Origin: Ruditapes philippinarum
Lineage: Eukaryota
DNA: 64,000 bases
Direction of reading: 5' to 3'
NCBI RefSeq assembly: GCF_026571515.1
Contig: NW_026867305.1
Span: 124,001-188,000, forward strand
Part shown: positions 27,103 through 37,480 of the stretch, piece by piece
Layout: each line of letters opens with the position of its first letter
How positions within the stretch are numbered: position 1 is the stretch's first letter
Program-made: the position numbers and the translations under genes
The notes under the pieces: generated by a model
Database searches by the model: none
Told to the model about the DNA's origin: nothing
The model's input: the letters and a program-made list of their open reading frames with translations, nothing else

Positions 27103-27982
27103 GGCCGCGTCTACACCTATTCAAGTTTCTTACATGTCACATTTAGATAAGCTAATAAATGACCCTTTCAATATTTAATCAGGCACAATTTTTACTGAAA
27201 TGTCTAATTAAGATGCCCAGGATTTATACCTTTACTTTTGCAATACTATCATGTTTCTGTAAAATATTTGAATAAAAACGCTGGAAAATGATGCAATTAA
27301 GTAAAACCATTGGAGTAAATGAAATTGAAATGTGTACATTCTTTTAAAATAACTGAAAATATGAGAAAATCTTTTTTGAGCTGATAGATTGATGCAAATT
27401 CTTTATTTGATGAAAGTTATTCACTAAATGAACAAGATCATTTAAAATCCATTTTGACTGCTTGAAAACTGATTTTTTAAATGTTTTTTGTGCACTTCTG
27501 TGTATCAGTGTATTGATATGTTCCTCTGACCAAGATATTTTATACATTTACTAAAATTTACAGATCATGAACACTGAATCAGTAACAAAAACGTAAGAAA
27601 TTAATAATAAAAAAACACTATCACACCTTCGGGGCACATGTTTTGTGTCAAACCGGTGTTATCAGTGTCTTGACAGCCAAAAACTTGTAGAAAAATAAAA
27701 TGTGTTCTAACTTTCTTGCAAGGAATTATCTTCTTGGATATCACATAATTTCTCTTTAAAACTCATTTAAGTAGGGTGTCTACACTATGCAATACAAGAG
27801 AATATGATACTTGCATTCAAGACTTGGATAGGTGTAGACGGGCCCTCACTTTCTTGCAAGGAATTATCTTCTTGGATGTCACATAATTTCTCTTTAAACT
27901 CATTTAAGTAGGGTGTCTACACTATGCAATACAAGAGAATATGATACTTGCATTCAAGACATGGATAGGTGTAGACGGGCCC
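27103..27982. mobile_element. PIF/Harbinger-like MITE with tandemly duplicated right end
   Basis: TIR GGCCGCGTCTACACCTATTCAAG / CATGGATAGGTGTAGACGGGCCC with TGA and TAA flanks. A ~138-bp duplication (27710-27845, 27848-27982) gives two right TIRs. Confidence 0.7.
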
Positions 27983-29149
27983 TAAGACTAAAGTTACAGC
28001 CCCCCTGTCTCAGTCAAGATGTCGCGGTCCATAAATCAAGATAGCGGGGCTCATACATTCTGAAGGTGTACCACTTGCATCGTTGGTTAGCTTAAAATAG
28101 CTTAAATGAAAAATAAGAATGGGACAGAAAGTGAAACAGAGTAGTTGGCGATCAGATCTACATGTCAAATATATGACGATTTGAAATTAAGTGAATGGAA
28201 TCATTTAAACTCTGCCAAGCATTTCTCGATGGATTTACTCATCCCATGGGATTTTCTGCCATGTAAATCCCATGGGATTATTTTCTATTATGAAACAGTA
28301 AATTTACCTGCATGTTTTTTGGTAAACTTTTAATATTTTTTTATTGTGTTGATCCTAATTTTGGATATTTAATGCTAATAATGTTTATTAGATTCATTTT
28401 AAGCAATTTGAAAAGTGTCCGATTGGTACAGTCTTCCAATTTTGGAAATTGTAGAGACAAGATTTTCCATCCTCCTTAAAAAGTTGCTAGCTCCTAACTT
28501 TGAAATGGATTACCATTTCAAATAGGTTATAACAAAGAATTCTTTGGTTTAATCTTCCGCTGCTTTATGTCTAAACCAATAAAAGAAAAACGGTTATTTT
28601 TTGCGAAAAATAAAAATTGATGATAATGCTATAAACATGATAAAAATGAAGTATGTAGAGGATGAATTTTATATTATCCTTGTATGTTCATATGCAACTT
28701 ATGAAAAAATATTGTCTGACTTCGAGGAAACGACTTTGGATCCTTTGGGAAGGAATTAATAACTTGTTGGAACGAGATAAAAAAAGAGAAGTTCAGTTAA
28801 AAATGAAAAGAAATCGTCAGCTATGTCGAGGAAATGACTTTATAACTAATAGGAGAACTAGTTTATTCTTTGACTAAGGCACAATATTGCATAAATATAC
28901 TTTGCATGAGGAGAGAAATAATCAAGTCAAAAAGAAAAAAAAAAAACATGTACTGCTCTGGTCTATATGTGTTAGTTATTTACTAAATCAGTTTGCAATT
29001 TTTGTATGAAAGTGATAAAATAATTTAAAATTTGTCTTTCAAAATTGAAACCAAATGAAATCAAGTAGCATTATTTATGTATAATAATGCCATAAGCCCG
29101 CCACACGTCATGCTATTGAATTCACTTGATTGAACGACACAAGTCACAC

Positions 29150-29151
29150 TT

Positions 29152-29184
<33 letters not shown>

Positions 29185-32100
29185 TTTTTAAAATCTCATT
29201 CTCAAGTAAAGAACAAAGACATGAAGCCCCGTTTATCATTGTGTGGCGGCCGTCACCTTTGGTCGGAATAGTCAGCTTGATAAAGTCCTTTTGTAAATAT
29301 GCTTCAACCAGACGCTCCGTATATTCCTGTAAAATAGATAAATAAGCATGAATTTATGACGTATTTATTTTATTTGCAATATTTAATTTTATTTGCAATA
29401 TTTAAGAAATAAGCGCAACAGATATATAGAAGAATATAGCTTTCAAATAAATCTAAGTATTTGTAAATGATGTCAGCTGATGGTTTTTGGTATCTTGTCT
29501 ATGAACAAAAAAAAAACTATTGGGAACTGAATACATCTTAACCCGGTGCTAGGGTGTGCTTTAACACTATCTGTCACTCAAAAAAGTGAGTCTACGATTT
29601 TTTTTTCAACTGTTTACTTTTTGTCCTTATTGCTCTCCCTCGAATGATGGCTATTTTCAAGAGTTTCTTTTACGCAAGATCTAGAATGATTTAAATAAAA
29701 TTAGCATAATGAATAATCATACTAGTCATGCTATTTTTGAAACTACAAGAAAATACAAATAACAAGGAACACATAAAACTTACAACGTCCGTCTCTCCTG
29801 GACACATGTATTTCGTCAGAGATTTTAGAAGCTGACATCGTCGCACAAAAACGTCCTGGAAAATGTAAACATGGACACAATTAAGCAGTAGGTTTTCCTA
29901 TGTATAATTTGAAAGTCGCTTTAATGACATTAAAGCAATACCATATTTATAATATTTGAAGCACACGATGGACAACTTGCATTTAAATTGGTTGACGAAT
30001 AGAAAAAAAAAATGAAAAGAAATATGTATACTCAACCTGGCATGGCTTTCGGTCAAAACGGACAATGTTCAAATGCTGCAAGTGGTAGACTGTTAAGATA
30101 ATAATAATGAGGTTAATGTTTCATTGTATTGAGGGAGCAATGCAAACTAAATCAAGACGATTGGCTATCTTTGCATAAAAACTTTGCAAGCAGAGGACAT
30201 ATCATGATTGTTGTGAGGACTAATTGAGGGCTAATGTTGCTTTGTTTTAATGCATCAATATCTGCAGAATCACGAGTACGCATTTTAAAGCCCGATCCCA
30301 CAGGGCAATAGATGTTTAGAGTCAGAGGGTTTTTACTGATGTAAATGCTCATAAAGATGCATAAGCACTATTCTTGCATAAATCATACGTCCGAATTGGG
30401 TTTTCTCGTTTCGTCATTTGTATTTGTATAAATTTTTGCTTGACTCAGGGCGCAAATTTAAAACAGCTTAATAGAATGATCGCCCGGTAGTTTCATTTTC
30501 AAAGCATAACGTAATCAAATGACGTCGTACAAGCAGGTGCTAAGCATCGAACAAGCAATGGGTTCTTTGAATGCAGCCATCGCAGATGGGAGAATTATCA
30601 AAAGGGTTAAAGTGTCTACTTCTCAAAGAATAAAAGGCCCGAGTCCTTCAATTGACTCCGGTGCGTTTCATGTTAGCTTTAACAGTTCAATTTTTGTCAA
30701 AACAAATATTATTTCACCAAATTAAACACACAAATTCATGGAATAGAGTCTGGATAAGTGTATACTAGTACTTGTTACAAAGTGACAGTCTGGGACAATA
30801 TTTATTTTTATTTCCTTTTTTTTCTAATAACTGACTTTGATATTCCAGTGTCAAAATCATCAAATTATGACTCTAATAAAAGGATACATCGTCTTGAAAG
30901 AGTACAAAATATTTGTCGTCTCTCATTGTCTCTCTATTAATTCTGTTCCAAAGTTTCTCGTTCAGCTCTTCTTTTGCCTGTAACATAAATTATCGTTTTC
31001 ATAAATGTCATAAACAGTAGACCTTTCATCAACGTCGATATTTGTCAACATATATATAATCAAAGCACAGAATTTGTTTGGGTCTCGGAATATCAGAAAG
31101 GTAATGATTGTGAGATTATAAACTAATTTGTTTTTGTGTAGTGCCAGCAATGCTGTTTCCATTGTTATAACTGTAGTAAATTGGCTATAAGGCTAATTGC
31201 AACACTTATTTTCAATTCAATGTTTATTTGGCTAAAATAATTAAAAAAAACAACAAAAACAACAAGATGATTTCCTTTAACTAGGATTTGAACCGCAGAC
31301 CTCTTGCTTCCTAAACGAGCGTGTAACCCTGGACCACGGGCAAGTTATAAGAAAACAAACCACAGTATTCTAAATTACTGTTTGTAATCCTTATTAATTT
31401 TGAATGAAATTGATTATCGATTGTCGACTGCCTGAAGTCGTCCCTGTCCTAGAGTCAATATCCTTACTTTATTTTGTCCGAAAGTCTAAATAACAAATGT
31501 TTATTTAGGCGTTCAAATAATCCGAAGCTTTACGGTAATAGCCGGGCAATTTTCATTGATTTAAAAGATATTCATCCGCTTAACAATATTATTTGAATAT
31601 ATTTCCGGTTATTTGCGGAAATGTTAAAGAATCATACAATATTAGAAATTTTCAACTTATCGGGAACTATATTTTCTTCCCTGAGAAGGTTTGAAAATTA
31701 ATGCACCTGTCATTTGACAATCTTTACGCAGTGATCTCCCCTTAATTTGTCGGCGTTAGTGTACTTATAAAGGGAAAATACCGCTTCGAGGAGTTCATGA
31801 CGGACTACTTACGGATTTTGCAAATAAGCATATCAGGGTCTGAAATTTCGCTACCATTATTTGTTTTGTCTGACGACCCAAACAAATAAAAATCAAATAT
31901 GCTGAAAACACAAATTGAGACATTTATTTTTCATTTTATTTCATATATTTATATGTTCAAGATATGTCCAAAGTTGAAACTTCAATCTTAAGGTTGCTTT
32001 CTTTTTCATTTACAGCTCTTATTTTATAACAAACTAAAATGTGTGTTAAGCATCAACAAAATTACTGAAAATGTTATGCTTTAAACTGCAGTCCGTAATA

Positions 32101-34523
32101 CCATTTTATGTTTGATAAATACACAGTAATTTCATGTTGATCATCTACAAACATATTTACCTTTTCTTCATATGAATGTGTAAATCCTTTCCATTTCTCG
32201 AAACGGAACAATTTGCCACAACCATCAATTGCAATTAAACAAAGCCAAAAGATTATATTTACAAAAATGCCTCTTGCTATAAAACCGTTGGTATTTAACC
32301 ATCCAGAATTATCCATTTCTCTACCAAAACTGAAGGAAACGTAGGTAAATTCCAAACCAACAGTTATTAGACTCAGAATAAAGAATACAAGTGTTGTATA
32401 TCTGGTAAGATGTATTAGTATGTGTTTGTATTTAACAGGGAACGAGTTGCTGACAATGGCTTCCATTTCATCAAACCTCGCATCTGAGACCTACAAAAAG
32501 GTTTATCAAATTACACTTTTTCACAAATATCTTTTTGACGAAATATACAACACGTCTAAGTTTTTTAGTGTAAAATGATGTTGTGTTAACAAACATTGAC
32601 AATAGTACAAATATTTTGTCATTTCATTTATAAATATCTGAAAAAGTGATCCCTCGGAAGCATTTAAAACAGCATAATGACATGGAAATTGCAGATTCGT
32701 TTTGATTGAGTCTCTACATGAGGAATTTAAATTTATTCATAATTCATTGAAATCAGTTTCTTTCAACTACTAGTTTATTAATCTGGATATTTAGAATCCT
32801 AGTATGAAATGTCTAAGACCATTCGTCCATCTTAAATTTAAGAGATTCACAAGAAGCAAATAAGATCTGGAAAAAAGATGTTCTTTGCTTAAGTAACAAT
32901 GAAATTGAATTAAATGAGTTGCCAAAAGGTTTGCCATTTGTTGCTATATGACACAAAAACAATAAGAGCAAACGATCACGACCCGTAAATGATTTATCAA
33001 AATCAACTTACAACAAAGCCATTTCTCCTGAGAGACATTCTTTCTTTTTTGTCAATCAGTAATTTGAATCTTGATACTGTAGTCCATTTGCACCCTTCTT
33101 TATATTGTGTCATTGACATGCGTCGAGTTAAGCCATTTGTATCTATTATATAATGTAATAACGAGTATTCTCACGTTGATTTAAACCATTACAGATTTAA
33201 AGTATAAATAGTAAAATTAAAAACGCTACTGCCGAGCTTGATTTTATAATTTTATTTTATACTTATATTTCTGAAAAACAAAAGCCATTTGTATCTATAA
33301 TATAATGTAAAATAAAGAGTATTCTTCACTTTAATTTAAACCATGTCAGATTTAAAGTAGTAATACAGAATTAAAAACGTTACTAGCTTGAATTATTATT
33401 ATATATTCTGATAACAATGGTAATATTTATGAAAAACAATTAAATATATCATACACTAAGAAAACTACTTACTGTTGTGTTCCACGTGCCAAACTGTTTA
33501 AGATAAAAAAAAGTTTCAGCACCAAGTTATTGTAATATTTCTTAAGTTGAATCTTATTATAGCATACTTCATACTTTAATGTCTGTGTGAACAGGCTTAT
33601 TTCCTTCTAAACATTTTCTATACCCTATTTCGTATACTGGAATTTATATGGTTTATATGACACATTCTGGTGAAAGAATTTTAAATACTCAGAGGCATGT
33701 TAATGTATACATACATATTATTAACATCTATGAAGTAGATTCATAACAATGTGTAGTTTTTAACATGGTATTGCAAAACGAATACAAAAGCTAGTGCAAC
33801 AGAGTTTGTAATAACATAATTATAGAGTTTGTAATAGAATCTTAAAGCAATTATTGTGTTTTGCTATGCTTTAACACATAACAATATATATTAAGTGTAT
33901 GACTATACATGCTTTCTACACTATCGGACTAAATATAAAATAATATAAATATAGTAATGTTCTTGTACTTTCTTTCATTATAAAACATTAGAATCTTGTG
34001 GAAAAAATGAAATCTTACCGTCTTGTAAAAATGCATTTAGGATTAGTTTATGAACTTCTATCGTTTCTATGTTTTGAGCATCAATGTATGTTGTTGTTTT
34101 CAGATTATCAGGAATATCGCATGGCTCGATCTTGATAGGTATGATTGTGTAGTCATCTGTTATTCTTGTATGAACCGCTTGGTGAATTTCATGCTGACAG
34201 AAGCTACTGTTAACTGATTCTTCCGAAAGAATAATGATGATGCCCATGCTCCGTTTTATAGCAGAATTGATGTTATGGAAAACATTTTGACCAGGTTGAA
34301 AGTCACGCTCATGATAACAGCATTTTAATCCCTCGCCTTCCAAATTTTCAACAATTACTCGAACATCGGCTGAATTGTAGTCAGTATAGCAAACAAACAG
34401 ATGATAGTCTTTTGTATTAGGTAAGTCTGGAATGTTATGGTTTCTTGAAAATGTATCCGAATCACTTTCCGTCAGTAAACACATTGATTCCATATCACCG
34501 GGTTCACTCATTCTCGAAAACAT
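29150..34523 (-). CDS. TIR-domain, two-TM protein with TMEM268-like C-terminal part (~447 aa, 7 exons)
   Basis: Exons 34523-34019 (TIR: YHLFVCY, CYHERDFQPG, IIILSEESVNSSFCQHE, IIPIKIEPCDIP), 33142-33012, 32490-32161 (two TMs), 30977-30888, 30075-30037, 29855-29784 and 29326-29150 (RHTMINGASCLCSLLE..D10*). All junctions are GT-AG with phases 1,0,0,0,0,0, 1344 nt open. Confidence 0.85.
30076..30887 (-). other. U12-type (minor spliceosome) GT-AG intron
   Basis: Donor GAT|GTATCCTTTT. Branch-like TCTTAAC ends 16 nt before the 3' splice junction. No polypyrimidine tract. Confidence 0.75.
31280..31340 (-). mobile_element. Degenerate tRNA-derived SINE head
   Basis: Minus strand reads CCCGTGGTCCAGGGTTACACGCTCG...GGTTCAAATCCTAG (box A/box B-like), without a clean cloverleaf. 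Confidence 0.45.
31700..31893 (-). mobile_element. Interspersed repeat with terminal hairpin (Helentron/HINE-like), inverted copy at 46598-46800
   Basis: TTATTTGTTTTGTCTGACGACCCAAACAAATAA hairpin and adjacent sequence match the reverse complement of the 46.6-kb insertion. Confidence 0.55.
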
Positions 34524-34815
34524 TCTAAAGTTTTTGTTTTTTTTATTTTCGACAAAATGTCTTTATATTGACGTCGACTCAGGTTTGAATAAAAGTCGTA
34601 GTTTGTTAAATATATTTCCAATTTTATCGATTACAAAGGAATTGTAATCAATATTAAAAAAATCGTACGCGTTCCTTTGTTGATTATGTATTTGAATTAC
34701 ACGGTTGAATAAAATGACAGATCCCTAAAGAATAAACCGATATCTTGTACAATTGTATTGTGCTTTACACATATTTTGGATTACGTTTTACTGATCATAA
34801 ATAGATACAAGAAAT
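34524..34815. promoter_or_regulatory. Putative bidirectional promoter/5'UTRs between divergent genes
   Basis: 292 bp separate the ATG at 34523 (-) from the ATG at 34816 (+). CRE-like TGACGTC at ~34569. Confidence 0.55.
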
Positions 34816-37480
34816 ATGGAGACGTATAAAATCAAACGTTTTACCGGTTTAATACAGTATGTTGCAGCAATCACCTTTCTTTTGTGCGGGGTAAGCCGGT
34901 CAAATTTTATTATTGTGTTACTTTTTAATTTGAAATGAAAAGCGGTATCATTTCGTGTTTTGTTTTAAATTACTGAATACATACTAACTAAAGTGTTATC
35001 GTTATATTTGCAGATTGAATGTCAATTTCCCTGTACATCACCCGGTATTTGTCCAAGACATAAACCATACTGCACAACAAGTGGGTGTGTTTTCGAATGT
35101 CCAAACTCAGCGTATATTAATGGAACGGAATGTGTTGCTGAGTGCGGAAATAATCTTGTTTTTAATAAAACATGTGTGGATCATTGCCCTACAAATATGA
35201 TGTTAAGAGAGACATCAAAGCTTCTTGGAAGAGAAATCTACATTACCAAACTATGCGTGACTATGTGTGATCACCATGAATATATTTATAATGGCACATG
35301 CGTTAAAGCATGTCCGGTGACGCATAAATACATTCACGGGAATAATTGTACAACGTCCTGTCCACAAATGACGACATTTATAAAGAATATAACAGTTTAT
35401 GGCATTTCCTTTTATAAATGTGTTAAGGAGTGTGAATATCTAATTGAGGATGGTTACTGCACCGATGACTGTGTTCCAAACAAATATGTCTTTAATTCGA
35501 GTTGCATAAGCCAGTGTCCAACTTCACATCCATTTATATATAATCAGCATTGTGAGCAAACGTGTCCTTATTCGACAGTTACGTCTGGAAATAACACTTG
35601 CTTGTTTAGATGTCCCTTAGATGTTCCTTATATTTTCAATAACAGTTGTGTTGATATTTGTCCAGACGATAGCGCATATATTGTGACAGAAGATGGAAGA
35701 TTGCATTGCATCCAAGAATGTCCACTAATGACGTATCATTACAATTCAACATGTGTTGAAAAGTGCCCAAATGGAACGTTTATTGAAGACAGAACATGTA
35801 ATAACAAATGCCCAAACGATCGTCCGTACATATGCACCTTTTCAAAACAAAAATTACTTGTATTTGACAGTAAATTTTTTAAATATTTTCCCAACCGATA
35901 GTTGGGTTTCCCAAATCCCCAAAAAATACGTATTCTCTCGGTATGACTTGCTTGTCCACTTGCCCTTCTGGTTATAAATATTTAAATGCGACATGTGTTC
36001 AAGGATGTCCTCATGACTTTCCATTCTCTTACGATTACACTGCAAAGGCAAAGTATGGTTTGAATAATATCTTTACAAGGATCAAAATAGAGCCAACATG
36101 TACAAGAAGTTGTCCTGATAACCTTTATCAAGTGAACCATACTTGCCAGCCATTTTGTCCTGATGGGCTTTACACTGTTGACAAAACATGTGAGGCGGCT
36201 TGTCCAAAATTGAAAGAGTTTAAACGTCACAGGAGTATTTCATTTGAGAAATATGACGTTGTAAGCGATACTTGGAATTATTCTTGGAAAAGAGAAACTA
36301 AACAAGCAGAAATTGTTGAATGTGTGACTGCATGCAGTCACAATGAGTCGATTTTTAACTCCACATGCATTGAAACATGCCCAATATATACAATGTCCGT
36401 AAATAAATCATGTCTTTCAGAATGCCCAGAATACTTCCTATTTATCATTCAGCGTACAAAAGGCGTGAAATGTTCAGCTTCTCAAAAGTGTGAAGGTGTG
36501 TATCGATACTCGGAGTGCCTACGTGAATGTCCACCAGGTTCTTATCAATTTAACTCCACATGTGTAGATGCTTGTCCAGATTCTACATTTACAGTTGGCA
36601 ATTCGTGTGCGGCTAGTTGTCCTGAATATCAACGATTTCTTCTCAAAAGTGAAAGAACAGTTACTCAGTGGAGACAAGGATGGGACAAAAAATGGTCAAA
36701 AATAAGCCGAAGATTAAATGCAGGTTATTTGTGTTTAGAATTTTGTCCGTCTGATAAAAAGGTCCATAATTTGACTTGTATGGACCATTGTCCGAAGAAG
36801 TCATTTGTGAATGGTAATGAATGCGTATATGAGTGTCCACCAGAAAGTCCTTTGGAATACACAGATAATGAAACATGGGCATGTATTCGTTCTTGTGATG
36901 ATGAGTATAAAACTTTCTATTATAATGGATCGTGTCATTATTCGTGCACAGCTCCTCTCATTGAATATGATGGTTTTTGTCTTGAGAAATGTCCACCTGG
37001 ATTTTTATGGTTTAATGAGTGCACCAGGAGAATTGATGTTGTAATCATATCTGCACTCATTCTTGGAATCAGCATCATCATACTGGCTTTTGGGAGAAAT
37101 GTTGTTAAAGAATATGGTATTGTTCTATGCGAGAGTATGAGTTATTATCTAACGGTAAGTCGTATTAGAAGTATATACTACACTTTCATTTTCCTTTTGA
37201 TCACAAAATTCAGACATACATAAAATGGCTATATTGTTTCAATTGAACTATTATTAACAATTATCATAGTATTTTATATTAATTTCATATATAATTTCAG
37301 TGTAAAACCAAAGATAAGTACACAATAAAGGACCGTTATGGTAAAAGTAGAAATGACTGTCAAATGCCGGAAACAATTGAGATACAGAGATGTGATGGTA
37401 TTGAAATGGACCAAATAACAAACTCGAACTCAAACCTTATTGACTTTGAACAGCCGTTACATGAAGAAACAAATGTTTAG
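34816..37480 (+). CDS. Type I membrane protein of furin-like (PCSK5-like/growth-factor-receptor) Cys-rich repeats, ~800 aa, with an apparent frameshift at ~35850-35930
   Basis: Exon 34816-34890 is a signal peptide (METYKIKRFTGLIQYVAAITFLLCG|GTAAG). Exon 35014-37154 has many CxxxCP..NxTC repeats, then TM VVIISALILGISIIILAF. Exon 37301-37480 is a cytoplasmic tail ending HEETNV*. Junctions are phase 0. No protease domain. Confidence 0.8.

Noticed and set aside
31280-31340. Functional tRNA gene
   Set aside because: The stems do not pair cleanly, so it fits a SINE head better.
32074-32160. ORF-track C-terminus VNMFVDD...FKA* of the TM exon
   Set aside because: A strong donor AAG|GTAAAT at 32161 joins four further in-frame exons, so this stretch is intronic.
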